Positions 39,600 to 51,014 of a DNA stretch of 64,000 nucleotides are shown in pieces; the first letter of the stretch is position 1; each line of letters starts with the position of its first letter. The notes beneath the pieces are model-generated. The model was not told the DNA's origin. It searched no databases and was given only the letters and a program-made list of their open reading frames with translations. The stretch spans positions 32,001-96,000 of the forward strand of contig CAWHAA010000009.1 in the NCBI GenBank assembly GCA_963827275.1. The letters are read 5' to 3'. The stretch is from an uncultured Spirochaetota bacterium (GTDB lineage Bacteria > Spirochaetota > UBA4802 > UBA5550). Made by a program: the position numbers and the translations under genes.

Positions 39600-41806
39600 C
39601 ACAATGGTTGAATCAGTGGCTGCGATTGAGAATTTCTCAAATAAAAAAAATTCGTAAATCGGACGTTTCCGGTCTCTCGGGCCCCTGTACTATTGCCATC
39701 GATGCCGAAAAATACGCAGCGCACCGTGAAGAATACACGACAGGCGCGCACAACTACTCCCTCTTCCAGAAATTTTCCGGTTTCAGGTGGCCCGCCTGGA
39801 TCAACGCAATGAACGATCCCTCCCGCGCGGTCTCCTTTCCCCCCTTCATGCTCGTCAATACCGCCATGCGGGACTGTCTCTATTCCACGAATTTTCTCTC
39901 AGACAACGGCCTGTATGTCGATCCGTCGGGCATGCTGTCGCCCTCCTATGGAAGCTGGTCGCTCGAGACCTGGATTGTGCGCGGCAAAGACCTTTATCGT
40001 CCCGCGGAGGACTGGGGGCACGTCAGGCAGGAGCGCGATACAAAGAACTCGCTCATCTATTCGAGCTGGGAGAACCAGCTCTGCAAGGTGAAGCATACCC
40101 TCTACGGTGCCCGCAGCGCGGTGGACGAGGTGGTGGTTGAGACGGAATGCCTCCTCAAGGAGCGGATGAATTCTTCAATCATGTTCGTTGTCAGGCCGTA
40201 TGACCGGCTGCGCCTGGGGGGGTGCACCCAGGTCGAATACCGGAAAGAAGGCGCGATCATCGCCGTCAACGGGCACAACGCGGTCTGCTTTGACGCCAGG
40301 CCGGATTACGTTTCAACCGGCGGCGAGGGGTTCCGCGACATCGACCTTTCGGAAGGAGGGGGCGGGACGCGGAGCGAATCGTCCTTCGGCATGGCGACAC
40401 TGGGCCTGGGCTACGCGCTGAAGAAGGGCGAGAACCGTTTCACGTTCCGCGTGGCGCTTGAACCGCGCGGCGGGATCGCGGGGGGAAAATATAATTACAA
40501 CGGCGCAAGGGACGATTATACCGCGTTCTCGAGCATGCGTATCCGCAACGGCGCGAACCTCGCCATGCCCGACCGGCAGGTGCAGAACTGGTTTTACGGG
40601 TCGAAGATATCGCTCCTCAATTTTTCCCCTGAACGGATCAGGCGGGACGACGGGAGAATAGACGCGCTGAAAGCGTTCCTGATAATTTTCGGATACAACC
40701 GGATGGGGTATTTCCCGGAATCGCTGCGGTACATCGATCTTCTTGTCAGGGAATCACCCGCGGACGATAAGAAGGCGGGATTTGACGCGGTAATCGACGC
40801 CTGCGCGCTGATCGATTCAATCGCCGATTATTTCATCCACGTGCGCGATACCGCATTCATACAGGACAGGTTCGAATTCATAAAGAGGAAAGCGCTCGGG
40901 ATATATAATTACTCCCGTTCCATGAAGAAGGCGGGGGCCCGTGCGCGTAATTCACTTGCATATTACTCGATCGCGGAGGAGCACCAGTTCGACAACATCC
41001 GCATCGCACATTCGCTTGCCAATTTCTCATACCTGGCCCGGTGCCTCGGCATATTCGGGGACGAGCTCACGTTCCGGAAGGAATCGGACCGCGTCGCCGG
41101 CCTGGTCATGCAGGCCGCGTTTGAGGAGGGCCCCGGGCTCCTTGAGAATGAATTCTCCGTGTATAACCTCGCCGCGGGATTCCCGTGGCATCTTGACGCG
41201 GTCCCCGAAGGCTCCCTCCGGGGCCTTGTTGACCGGGCGGGCGCGCGTTTCGGCGACATGCCCCTCTTCGTCAAATCACTCGGGTATGACATTATGGCCA
41301 CGCTCGTCGCCGTGAACAATCTGGTGCTGATGAAAGACCAGCGGGGATACGACGGCATCATGGGCCTCCTGAAGATGAGGGGCCGGACGTACGTCCTGCC
41401 CGAATACATGAACCCGTCAACCGGGAGGTCGAACTGGGGCGACGGCGCCTCGATGGCCGTGAGCGCCATGGTCTTCGCGACGATCCGGAACCTCCTGTTC
41501 ATCGACCGCCGCGAGCGCCTCGACCTGTTCCCGCTGCCGCGCGCCGAGTGGTTTGAGCCGGGAAACGAGATGAAGATCGAGGACCTCCCTTCCCGCTTCG
41601 GGTTGATATCGCTCCGGATGGTCTCCACGGTGAACGAGATACAGCTGCATTTCGACAAGCTCCCGAAATTCGTGCCCCCCGATATTCTCATAAATCTGCC
41701 CTATAAGACAAAAATCAAGCTCGAGGACGATTTTATCCTCAAGAAGGAAGATGAAACGTCATTTATCATTAACGGGTGGCCGTCGATAATCCGATTTTTA
41801 CGATGA
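39596..41806 (+). CDS. Large hypothetical protein, possibly six-hairpin glycosidase-like
   Basis: 736-aa ORF coupled to the STAS gene (ATGA overlap); fold guess from the C-terminal pattern only. Confidence 0.55.
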   Translation: MTQWLNQWLRLRISQIKKIRKSDVSGLSGPCTIAIDAEKYAAHREEYTTGAHNYSLFQKFSGFRWPAWINAMNDPSRAVSFPPFMLVNTAMRDCLYSTNFLSDNGLYVDPSGMLSPSYGSWSLETWIVRGKDLYRPAEDWGHVRQERDTKNSLIYSSWENQLCKVKHTLYGARSAVDEVVVETECLLKERMNSSIMFVVRPYDRLRLGGCTQVEYRKEGAIIAVNGHNAVCFDARPDYVSTGGEGFRDIDLSEGGGGTRSESSFGMATLGLGYALKKGENRFTFRVALEPRGGIAGGKYNYNGARDDYTAFSSMRIRNGANLAMPDRQVQNWFYGSKISLLNFSPERIRRDDGRIDALKAFLIIFGYNRMGYFPESLRYIDLLVRESPADDKKAGFDAVIDACALIDSIADYFIHVRDTAFIQDRFEFIKRKALGIYNYSRSMKKAGARARNSLAYYSIAEEHQFDNIRIAHSLANFSYLARCLGIFGDELTFRKESDRVAGLVMQAAFEEGPGLLENEFSVYNLAAGFPWHLDAVPEGSLRGLVDRAGARFGDMPLFVKSLGYDIMATLVAVNNLVLMKDQRGYDGIMGLLKMRGRTYVLPEYMNPSTGRSNWGDGASMAVSAMVFATIRNLLFIDRRERLDLFPLPRAEWFEPGNEMKIEDLPSRFGLISLRMVSTVNEIQLHFDKLPKFVPPDILINLPYKTKIKLEDDFILKKEDETSFIINGWPSIIRFLR

Positions 41807-41861
41807 TGGGACTCATGGTATCGGTCTTGTTTCCGCGGCGTTATGACCGCGAGGTGAAGCA

Positions 41862-43436
41862 ATGGTGGTAACGGTATTATTAACGATGGTCGTCATACTC
41901 GGGGCGGTCATGGCGTATGTCTACCTTCTGGCGCCCCGCCTGAATCCGCTGAACCGCGCGGACAAATTCCTCGCGCAGAACATGGTCAACGAGGCGATCG
42001 TCGAATACAAGAAGATCCTCGACAATGACCCGGACGACTACGTCGTCCACTGGAAGCTCGCCAACATACTCTTCAACCGGGACGAGATTGACGAGGGCGT
42101 CATACACCTCGAGGAGATACGGCGCATCAATACCTTCAACTACGAGGTTGAGCGGGTCGCGGTGGAGCGAAAGCTTGCCGAGGCGTACCTGCTGCGCGGC
42201 GACCTCCAGAGGGCGTTCCAGAATTATTTCGATATTTTGAAGGAATACCCCGGGGACGAGGAGTCGCTGTACCAGGTGGCCTTCATGCTTCTCGGCCAGG
42301 AGCACTTCGACCTGGCCCAGCGGTATTTCGAGCGGCTTGTCAGGATCGCGGACAAGAATTTTGATATCCTCTTCGGGGCGGGCATCGCGAGCTACCAGAA
42401 CCAGAAGGCCAGCGAGCCGGCCGAGTACTTCAAGGAGGCGCTCTCGGTTGACTCGCGTTCCGATATAGGGAACCTCGCGATGGCGTTCGCGCTCCAGCGG
42501 AAGCGGGATTACAAGAACGCGCCGACATACGCGCGAGCGATCGTCGATAACAGCGAAGATGAGAACGCGGTCTTCATCGCGCAGAGGCTCTACGGCATCC
42601 TCTGCGTCCAGGCGAAGCGTCCCGCCGAGGGCGTCAAGGCGCTGCAATCGCTCCTCGAACGCGCCCGTAAAAATGAAATGAGCGAAGAGCTGGCGGTGGT
42701 GCTGTATGACCTGGGCTTTGCCGCGATACACGCGGAGATGAGCGAGCTTGCGTACGATTGCTGGAACGAGCTTTACCAGCTTGACCGCGACTTCAGGAAC
42801 GTCCAGTTCCTCGTCACGCAGCTCAGGAGGGAGCTCGACACCACCGCGAAGCCGGGCCGCGACCAGGAGAGAATAGTGCTGGATTACAGCGAGGACTGGC
42901 TTGACAATACCTTCCATCCCGACTTTTTATGGGAGATCTGCGGCCTCAAGTCAGCCGAGTCCGTTGACCTGTCGGCCATCATCGCCTCGGCGCGGGGAGA
43001 CGCCCCGCGCGAGGACGCGACTCAGAGAAAAAAACCCGATGTATCGGGGGATGCGGCTGATAGTATCGACGCCCTGGGGCGCCTTGATATGGAAAACTTC
43101 AGGATCATCGCCGGCAGGGTCGTGGGCAAGCTGGGATGCCGCGTCGATGAGATACTCCCCACCTACCGCGAGGGAGACGGGGTCGATTTCATGGCGATGA
43201 ACACCGCGACGAAGGAAAAGACCCTGATCTGGGTGCGGAGGTGGAACAACATCCGGATCAGCGAGATCCCGCTCCGCAACCTCGCCCAGGCGGTAAACGA
43301 CACGAAGGCGAAGCAGGGCATATTCATAACCACGAGCGAGCTGACCGAGGCGGGCGAAGCCGCGCTGCAGCGCCTCTCCAGGATCAGGGTCGTTTTTCCC
43401 CAGGAGCTGGGCGGCCTTCTTGCCGGATTGCTGTGA
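41862..43436 (+). CDS. Second membrane-anchored TPR protein with a C-terminal Mrr-like domain
   Basis: TM, TPRs, EGDGVDFMA..GIFITTSELTEAG. Confidence 0.8.
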   Translation: MVVTVLLTMVVILGAVMAYVYLLAPRLNPLNRADKFLAQNMVNEAIVEYKKILDNDPDDYVVHWKLANILFNRDEIDEGVIHLEEIRRINTFNYEVERVAVERKLAEAYLLRGDLQRAFQNYFDILKEYPGDEESLYQVAFMLLGQEHFDLAQRYFERLVRIADKNFDILFGAGIASYQNQKASEPAEYFKEALSVDSRSDIGNLAMAFALQRKRDYKNAPTYARAIVDNSEDENAVFIAQRLYGILCVQAKRPAEGVKALQSLLERARKNEMSEELAVVLYDLGFAAIHAEMSELAYDCWNELYQLDRDFRNVQFLVTQLRRELDTTAKPGRDQERIVLDYSEDWLDNTFHPDFLWEICGLKSAESVDLSAIIASARGDAPREDATQRKKPDVSGDAADSIDALGRLDMENFRIIAGRVVGKLGCRVDEILPTYREGDGVDFMAMNTATKEKTLIWVRRWNNIRISEIPLRNLAQAVNDTKAKQGIFITTSELTEAGEAALQRLSRIRVVFPQELGGLLAGLL

Positions 43437-43480
43437 TGCGCGCGCAGGGGCTTCTCTGACGACGCCGGGGTAGGGAGACG

Positions 43481-44437
43481 ATGCCTGGGAAATTCAACGA
43501 CATAACCGCACTGCCTGCCGAGCGCATCCCGTTTGAACAGATCGATTGGGATGACCGCTATTTCAAGATCAGCAGGGACCGCGTGGACGAGGGCCTGCGT
43601 CAGTCCATCAGGGACTTCGGCGTGCTGGATCCGCCGGTGGCCGTCAGAGAGGGCGGCCGGTACCGGGTGATGTTCGGCTTCAACCGGTTGGACGCCCTCC
43701 GGGAGCTCGGCGCCGGTTCGGCCGGGATGCTCATCGCGCCCGCGGCCGATGTGAAAATATTTTGCGAGCGCGCCCTCGTTAAATGCTTCCGCAATGAAAC
43801 GGGCCCCATCGGCAGGGTCAGGGCGCTCGCGATACTGAAAGACCTCGGCGCCGGGACCGACCAGCTGAAGCGCGTCGCGAAACAGGGCATGCGCGTCCCT
43901 GAAGAGCTTGCGGCCGGCGGCGCGCTTTCATCCGCCGTAACGGGACTCCCGGGCCCGGTGAAAGAGTATTGTGACCACCGCGATATCAACTTCAGGATCA
44001 TCAGGGACCTCGTTCGCCTGCCCGGCGTCGCCGTCGAAGCGATAGCTTCCTGGCTTGCGTTCGCCCCTCTCCGCGTGAACATATTCCGCTTTATCGTGGA
44101 CATGCTGTCGGACATACAGACGCGGGACGGCAGCCTCGCGTTCGTGGAAGGGATCCGCCCCGGCGAGTCCGACGACAGGAAAAAGTGGGACGAGCGGCTC
44201 TACGAAGCGGTCCGCGGGCAGCGGTACCCGGAATATTCAGGTATGCAGAAAAAGGCGGACGCGGTCGCCGCCTTTTATGCGGCCCGGGGGATCCGGGTGG
44301 AATACCCCCCGTATTTCGAGGGGGACGCGCTGGACCTGACGGTGCGGCTTCACAAGCGTGATGATCCGGAGTCCGTGCGAAGAAGGATCGAAGACGCGGA
44401 CCTGTCAAAATTGAAGGAATTGCTGGAATTGCTGTGA
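43481..44437 (+). CDS. ParB N-terminal-domain protein
   Basis: LRQSIRDFGVLDPPV..YRVMFGFNRLDAL. Confidence 0.75.
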   Translation: MPGKFNDITALPAERIPFEQIDWDDRYFKISRDRVDEGLRQSIRDFGVLDPPVAVREGGRYRVMFGFNRLDALRELGAGSAGMLIAPAADVKIFCERALVKCFRNETGPIGRVRALAILKDLGAGTDQLKRVAKQGMRVPEELAAGGALSSAVTGLPGPVKEYCDHRDINFRIIRDLVRLPGVAVEAIASWLAFAPLRVNIFRFIVDMLSDIQTRDGSLAFVEGIRPGESDDRKKWDERLYEAVRGQRYPEYSGMQKKADAVAAFYAARGIRVEYPPYFEGDALDLTVRLHKRDDPESVRRRIEDADLSKLKELLELL

Positions 44438-44469
44438 GGGTGATACGCGCGGGTCCGTCTCCGCGCTGA

Positions 44470-44808
44470 TCAATGGATCTTCCCCCCGTTGCCCGGCCCG
44501 CTGCCGGCGGCAGGTCCGCGTCCAATCGCGGGAAGGCTGCAGATGATGCTGTTGAATATGAACCCGGTGACCATGAAGCGTGAAAAATCTTCACGCTCTT
44601 TTGCGATGTCGAAGAGCTGGTGGGTAACGTAGATGCAGTTGTCCATGAGCTCCTTGAGGAAGCGCTCGTTGCTCTCCGCGCTGTCAGCGTCATCCCCGCC
44701 GGGGGATGAACGCCGTGATTCCCTTATTATCGATTCCAGCAGGTCCTGGAAAAAAACGTCAAAGTCCTTGTTGAATGAAACCGTGTGTCCGTTTTTGAGC
44801 GTTATCAT
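44470..44808 (-). CDS. Hypothetical protein
   Basis: 112-aa ORF downstream of the S1 gene. Confidence 0.55.
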   Translation of the reverse strand: MITLKNGHTVSFNKDFDVFFQDLLESIIRESRRSSPGGDDADSAESNERFLKELMDNCIYVTHQLFDIAKEREDFSRFMVTGFIFNSIICSLPAIGRGPAAGSGPGNGGKIH

Positions 44809-44825
44809 TAATGCCCCGCACGGTG

Positions 44826-46277
44826 CTACTTTTCCATTTTCTTCTGTATGTCATCGAACTTGTTCTTCAGAAGTGACCCCAGGGACGTCGGGTTCGATGA
44901 CGCGTCTTTCCTGATGAAGTTTTCATAATCGCTGCGCTCTTCCATGCGGAGCGCGTCGGTTTCGCTCATGATGAGCTTCCGGTTCTCCTGCTCGAAGCGG
45001 AGCACCGATACGCGGAGCTGGTCGCCCTCTGCGTATTTTTTCAGAATATCGGCTTCTGACTTCGACTTGAGCTCGCCCCGCGGGATGAACCCGAGCATGC
45101 CGTTGGCGAGGCGCACGTTCAGCCCGGCGGGCTTTACGTCCTCAACCGTGACGGTCTGCACCTGCTCGGCCAGCCCTGCGCCGGAATCTTTCCACGGATC
45201 AGGCTCGTTCGGCACCAGCTCCAGGGAAATCTTCTTCTCCCCGGGGTTGATGCTGACGATGCGGACGTTGACGCGCCCGCCCTGTGTAACCGCTTCCTCC
45301 GGCCGGGCGATTTTTTTGAGGAAGCTCATCCGGGAGATATGGAGGAAGCCGTCGAGGCCCGGCTCTATCTCCACGAATGCGCCGTTTTTTATGATGTTGA
45401 CGACCTGTCCGGCGACTGTCTGGCCCGCCTCGTAGTCGGCGATATGGTCCCACGGCTCCGGCATGAGGTCTTTCACGCTCAGGGTCAGCCGCCTGCTGTC
45501 CCAGTCGATCGATTTTACCGCCGCTTCGATTTTCGTCCCGATGCTGTAGGCCCCGGTATCAGCGTTCCTGCTCCGGGACAGCTCGGATTTGGGAATGAGT
45601 GCTTCCATCCCTCCGATATCAACGAATATGCCGAAATCGCGGATGTTGGAAACCGTGCCGGTGAGGCGGTCCCCCGGCTTCAGGGTCGCCTTCAGCTGCT
45701 CCTCGGTCTGTGATCTCTGTTCCTCGAGCAGCGCGCTCCGTGAGACTATGATGTTCCTGCCCCGCTCCTTGAATTCGATGATCTTGAAAAGAAATGACTT
45801 GTTGACCAGCGTTTTCGGGTCCGAGGGGGCCCTCAGGTCGATCTGCGATACCGGGCAGAAACACCGTGTCCCGCCGACCGATATCGAGTATCCGCCCTTG
45901 ACCGTATCAAGAACCGTCCCGTATACCGGGATCATTTCCCGGAAGGCCATCTGGAGGAGGCCGGGGTTCATGCTCCCCCTGCCGATGCTGGTGGTAAGGT
46001 GTATCTCTCCGCCCGTGCGTGACACGACATAGCCCGTGATGGCATCGCCCGCCTTGACCGACAGGGACCCGTCATCATTCCTGAATTCCGCAGCGGCGAT
46101 CACCGCTTCGCTCTTGCCGGAAATATCGACGAAAATGAATTCGTCCGATATATACACCACGGTGCCCTCGACCCTGGTCCCGATCGCGAAATCGTCCCTC
46201 CGGTTCAATGACTGTTCGAGCATCTGTTCAAAATTTTCGTTATTGTTTTCTTCGGAATGTTCGTGTTCTCTCGCCAT
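44826..46277 (-). CDS. rpsA: Ribosomal protein S1-like multi-S1-domain protein
   Basis: FEQMLEQS, VDISGKSE, FGIFVDIGG, GAFVEIEPGLDGFLHIS; likely start MAREHE at 46277. Confidence 0.8.
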   Translation of the reverse strand: MAREHEHSEENNNENFEQMLEQSLNRRDDFAIGTRVEGTVVYISDEFIFVDISGKSEAVIAAAEFRNDDGSLSVKAGDAITGYVVSRTGGEIHLTTSIGRGSMNPGLLQMAFREMIPVYGTVLDTVKGGYSISVGGTRCFCPVSQIDLRAPSDPKTLVNKSFLFKIIEFKERGRNIIVSRSALLEEQRSQTEEQLKATLKPGDRLTGTVSNIRDFGIFVDIGGMEALIPKSELSRSRNADTGAYSIGTKIEAAVKSIDWDSRRLTLSVKDLMPEPWDHIADYEAGQTVAGQVVNIIKNGAFVEIEPGLDGFLHISRMSFLKKIARPEEAVTQGGRVNVRIVSINPGEKKISLELVPNEPDPWKDSGAGLAEQVQTVTVEDVKPAGLNVRLANGMLGFIPRGELKSKSEADILKKYAEGDQLRVSVLRFEQENRKLIMSETDALRMEERSDYENFIRKDASSNPTSLGSLLKNKFDDIQKKMEK

Positions 46278-46613
46278 GGTAATCCGCCGTTTACGTGATA
46301 TTGCCGGTACTTTCGGTGTTGAAATGGGCCCGGCCGGAGATGATGCCGGAGCCGCCGGTTGAACAAGTGACAGCCTATAATCAGCGGTCAAATACTGTAA
46401 AGAAAATAATTTTACCGATTGAGCATATTTTATGCGGCTGACATCAGCTGTTTTTGCTTTGCGGTGCTCCTCCCGGCAGCTTTGGTTAAAATACCGGGCC
46501 GCGCGCACCCCATTTCCTGTTATGGAACATGACGCTTCCGCGGTACGACAGGCCATAAAAAAGCGGCATAAACAGGGGATAAAATTATTGACATAATTTT
46601 TTACGGGACGATA

Positions 46614-47108
46614 ATGCACCATTATTCCAAAATCAATATGGAGAGTGCCATGAAACGTTTACTTTGCATAGCTCTGATTGTTGCCGCTGCTGGAGTTATG
46701 GCGCAGGCGCAGAATGCGAAAACAGAAAAGACGGCGAAGGAATATATAGCGGATTTATCCTCAAGCTCCGATGAAAAAACCCTGATTGAAGCGTCCCGGT
46801 GGCTGGGAAATAAAAAAGAGAAGGACGCGGTCCCCGGTCTCATCAATCTTTTGAATGACAAGCGCGACGCGGTCCGTATGGAGTCTGCGGTCGCACTGGG
46901 GCTCATAGGCGAAGAGAGCGCAGCCGATGCCCTCAATGCCGCGCTCCTGAACGATCCCAATGCGGAAGTCCGCTATGCCGCCCTCCTGGCGACAATGAGG
47001 ATCGGTTCGAAGAAATCTGCCGATGTATATGTTCAGGCGAAAGAGAAAGATTCCGATCCTTTTATCCAGGACCTCCTCGGTAAAATAGAAGCCAAGGCCA
47101 AGAAATAA
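46614..47108 (+). CDS. Secreted HEAT-repeat protein (start probably downstream of 46614)
   Basis: Signal peptide; AVPGLINLLND..VRMESAVALG. Confidence 0.75.
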   Translation: MHHYSKINMESAMKRLLCIALIVAAAGVMAQAQNAKTEKTAKEYIADLSSSSDEKTLIEASRWLGNKKEKDAVPGLINLLNDKRDAVRMESAVALGLIGEESAADALNAALLNDPNAEVRYAALLATMRIGSKKSADVYVQAKEKDSDPFIQDLLGKIEAKAKK

Positions 47109-47271
47109 GCCGCAGGGCGTTCACCGGCGTTTCCCGGGAGGCGGGAGGCGCTCGCCGGGAAGCGTGATTCTGTTTGTTCCGGCGGATCTGTCAGAAGCAT
47201 GTTGCAGAACAGGAATGGCAACATGCTTTTTGTTTTTCATGAATACTTCTGTTTCCAATACGGGGTGACCG

Positions 47272-48078
47272 GTGAGAGATGAAGTGGTAAAGTACCTTGT
47301 GTTTGATGTCGAGTCCGTTCCGGACCCGAAGCTGATAGCCATGGTGAAATACAGGGACGAGAATATTGACGGTCTGGAGGCGGTCAGGAGGTACCAGCAG
47401 GAGCTTTTGGACGCTTCCGGCGGGACATCCGACTTCGTGCCGGTTACCTTCCAGTACCCGGTCGCCATCTGTGTCGCCAAGGTGCGCGCCGACTTCGCGC
47501 TGCTCGATCTCGTGTGCCTGGATGATCCCGATTTCAGGCCGGATGAGATGTCGCGGCTCTTCTGGCTCGGCGTGGAAGAAGTGTACGATGCAGCTTCACT
47601 GGTCACCTATAACGGAAGGGGCTTCGATGTCCCCCTCATGGAGCTGATGGCGTACCGGTACGGGTATTCCGCGAAGCGCCATTTCAAAGACAAGTATGCC
47701 GGGAGAAGCAGGTACGGCACCAAGCATATCGATATCCAGGACTGGCTGTCGAACTACAACGCAATACGGATGAACGGGGGGTTGAACCTGCTGGCGAAGC
47801 TGATCGGCAAGCCGGGGAAGATGCAGACCCGCGGCGACGAGGTCTACTCCATGTTCCTCGAGGGGCGCATTCGCGACATCAATAACTACTGCATCCATGA
47901 CGTCCTGGACACCTATTTCGTGTTCCTGAGAACGCGGGTGCTGACCGGTGAGCTGACCATCGTGCGGGAACAGGATATCGTCAAGTCAACGAAGAATTTT
48001 CTCGAGGACAGCCAGGAGCGCATCCCCGCCCTGAAGGAATACCTGGCGAACTGGGGGGACTGGGACCCCTGGCCGTGA
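47272..48078 (+). CDS. DnaQ-like 3'-5' exonuclease (PolB exo-like family)
   Basis: VFDVES, TYNGRGFD, YCIHDV. Confidence 0.85.
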   Translation: MRDEVVKYLVFDVESVPDPKLIAMVKYRDENIDGLEAVRRYQQELLDASGGTSDFVPVTFQYPVAICVAKVRADFALLDLVCLDDPDFRPDEMSRLFWLGVEEVYDAASLVTYNGRGFDVPLMELMAYRYGYSAKRHFKDKYAGRSRYGTKHIDIQDWLSNYNAIRMNGGLNLLAKLIGKPGKMQTRGDEVYSMFLEGRIRDINNYCIHDVLDTYFVFLRTRVLTGELTIVREQDIVKSTKNFLEDSQERIPALKEYLANWGDWDPWP

Positions 48079-48097
48079 TATGACTGGCGCAGCCGGC

Positions 48098-49937
48098 CTA
48101 TTCCTCCGGCAGGAGCCGTATGGCGCCCCGGTCGGCGGATGATACGTGGGCCGCGTAGGCCCTGAGCGCCCCCGAAATGTTCCGTTCCCTTCCAGCGGGC
48201 CTGAAGGCGTCCCGCCCTTTCCGTTGTTCCTCCGAGCGCCGCTTTTCCAGCTCGGTGTCAGAGCACTTCACGTTTATCTTCCTGCCTGGTATGTCGATAT
48301 CTATGATGTCGCCGTTACGGACAAGGGCGATGTTTCCTCCCGAGGCGGCTTCCGGCGACACATGGCCTATCGAAAGTCCCGCGGTGCCGCCCGAGAAACG
48401 GCCGTCGGTGACCAGGGCGCAGGCCTTTCCCAGGTTCATGGATTTCAGGTATGACGTGGGGTAGAGCATCTCCTGCATGCCGGGTCCTCCCCTTGGCCCC
48501 TCGTAGCGGATCACGACGACATCGCCCGCCTTGACCTCGCCGCTGAGTATCCCTTCTGAGGAGGCTTCCTGGGAGAAGTACACTTTCGCCGGCCCGCTGA
48601 AGGAAAGGAGGCCGGGATCGACGCCCGCTGTTTTGACGATGCAGCCGTTCTGGGCGATGTTTCCGTACAGCACGGCCAGGCCGCCGTCCCTGCTGTAACA
48701 GTGGGCGATATCCCGCACACATCCTGACTCACGGTCCCTGTCGAGCTCCTCATAGCGTGGCATCCTGCGATCCCAGGACGAGGTTGCGCTCCCGTTGTCC
48801 GGGGGCGCTCCGGTACAGGTCGATCGCTTCGGCCGTCACCGTCGTGCGCATGATATCGTGCGAGTCGAGAAGCTGCCCCAGGTCTTTCGTGTCGACCCGC
48901 TTCACCGACGGGTCGATGAGCCCGGCGCGTTCCAGCTCGCCCATTATGGCCATGATGCCGCCGGCGCGGTTCACATCTTCCACGTGGTAATGCGAGCTGG
49001 GCGCGACTTTGCACAGGTTGGGAATTTTCCGCGACAGGGTATCGATGTCTTTCATGGTGAAGTCCACGCCGGCCGCATCGGCGACCGCCAGAAGGTGGAG
49101 CACGGTGTTCGTTGAGCCGCCCATGGCGATGTCGAGTGACATGGCGTTCATGAAGGCCTGGCGCGTCGCGATGGAGCGGGGGAGCACGGAATCATCGTCC
49201 TTGTTGTAATACCTATCGGCCATTTCAACAATGCGCGCCGCGGCCCGCTCGAACATCTTCAGCCTGTTTTTATGGGTGGCGAGTACGGTCCCGTTTCCCG
49301 GCAGGGCCAGGCCCAGGGCCTCGGTGAGGCAGTTCATCGAATTGGCAGTGAACATGCCGGAGCAGGAGCCGCAGGTTGGGCACGCGAGCTGTTCAAGCTC
49401 AGCTATGTCGCCGTCCGGGACCTTCGGGTCCGCCGCCATCACCATTGCGTCAATGAGATCGACTTTTTTACCCTTGAATACGCCCGCTTCCATGGGCCCC
49501 CCTGAAACGAAGATGGCCGGTATATTGAGGCGCATCGCTGCCATGAGCATGCCCGGGATGATCTTATCGCAGTTGCAGATGCAGAGCAGCGCGTCCACGG
49601 TATGGGCGTTGCACATGTATTCCACGCTGTCCGCGATCAGGTCGCGTGAGGGGAGGGAGTAGAGCATACCCCCGTGTCCCATGGCGATGCCGTCATCAAT
49701 GGCAATGGTGTCGAATTCAGCGGCGAAGCAGCCTTTTTTCTCTATCAGGGACTTGACGTGCTGGCCGATTTCATGAAGGTGCACATGGCCGGGCACGAAC
49801 TGCGTGAATGAATTCGCAATCGCTATTACTGGCGTGCCGAACTGGGATTCCTTCATGCCGTTGGCGCGCCAGAGGGCCCGCGCGCCGGCCATTTTTCTCC
49901 CCTGCGTGCTGATCGAGCTTCGTAACGGACGGGTCAT
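48098..49937 (-). pseudogene. ilvD: Dihydroxy-acid dehydratase, frameshifted near 48760 (probably a sequence error)
   Basis: [30 protein letters not shown]; the C-terminal [10 protein letters not shown] and TDGRFSG are in a second frame. Confidence 0.92.
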
Positions 49938-50101
49938 GACGGTACTCCTTCGGTGTGGGTTGTTTATTGCAATATGGGCATATATTGTTTCATGTCAATA
50001 ACTTATAGGTAAAAAAAAATTACTCTGACCCCGAGTTTTTTATTATCGATAATATCCTCTCGTTCGTATATATATTAAATTCAGCTTTAATATGAGGTCC
50101 C

Positions 50102-50701
50102 ATGGCACGAAAACGTCGAATCTGTATACCGGAAACCACATGTCATACGATGTCCAGATGCATTGAGAAAAAACCTTTAATGAAGTCAAACATAATGAAG
50201 GATTTGATGGTTGAGGTTATTTTGTTAACCCTGGAAAAATATGACTTTGAGATGATCGAGTATGTAATAATGGATAATCATTTCCACTTTTATATACGAA
50301 CTCTTAGGAACGGGGAAAGCATTTCACGTATCATGCAATTTATTAAGTCGCAATTTGCTAGAAGATATAACAAGCTAATGAATAGAACCGGGCCTTTCTG
50401 GAATGAGCGCTTTAGCGACACAATAATTGAATTGACTGAGAATCCCGAACAAACATTCTGGCATGTGTTTATGTATATTGCATATAACCCGGTAAGGAGC
50501 AATTATGTAGATGATCCCCGACAATATTTTTACGGGAGTATAAAATCATATCTTGATGAGAAATATATTTCTCCTGTTCCCATTACTCTGCATAAATTAT
50601 TTTTGAAGCTTGGTGCGAGTTTCGAAGCTCGAGTAAAAAAGTTACTTGAATATGAGGATTTGTATAGAAAAAGAATATTTCCCCAAGAAATATTTAATTA
50701 A
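50102..50701 (+). CDS. Y1/HUH transposase, REP-associated (RAYT-like)
   Basis: MARKRR..CHTMSR, YVIMDNHFHF (HUH), GPFWNERF, YIAYNPVR (catalytic Tyr). Confidence 0.9.
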   Translation: MARKRRICIPETTCHTMSRCIEKKPLMKSNIMKDLMVEVILLTLEKYDFEMIEYVIMDNHFHFYIRTLRNGESISRIMQFIKSQFARRYNKLMNRTGPFWNERFSDTIIELTENPEQTFWHVFMYIAYNPVRSNYVDDPRQYFYGSIKSYLDEKYISPVPITLHKLFLKLGASFEARVKKLLEYEDLYRKRIFPQEIFN

Positions 50702-51014
50702 AAATTATTTTTACAATTTATAGTATAACACTCTTCTGTGATCATGGATTCCATAATAAGCAATTATTTATTGCTTAAAGAAAACTTGTAATCACCCAGT
50801 TGTTTTATTCGATTTTTAATAATTTACTATTTTTTAAGTATATTATGATTAATGGGATATATATGATATGCATTTTACTCTGACCCCCGAACCCAGAATG
50901 TTAATGTTATTAACAGACGTTACAGAAACAGATGAATTTAAAAAAACAAAGCACTGTGAGTAATTAGAGTTGAATCTGTCAAAAGGATATACTACTCTGA
51001 CACCAGGAATGAAT

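Noticed and set aside
35083..44437. Anti-phage defence island (Mrr, patatin and ParB domains)
   Set aside because: Catalytic motifs are degenerate, no cyclase or methylase is present, and composition matches the core genome.
48750..48770. Programmed frameshift in ilvD
   Set aside because: No slippery heptamer is visible, and similar single indels are scattered through the window.
50102..50701. IS200/IS605 element with TnpB
   Set aside because: No TnpB or IscB gene and no obvious subterminal hairpins; the motifs fit RAYT-like proteins better.
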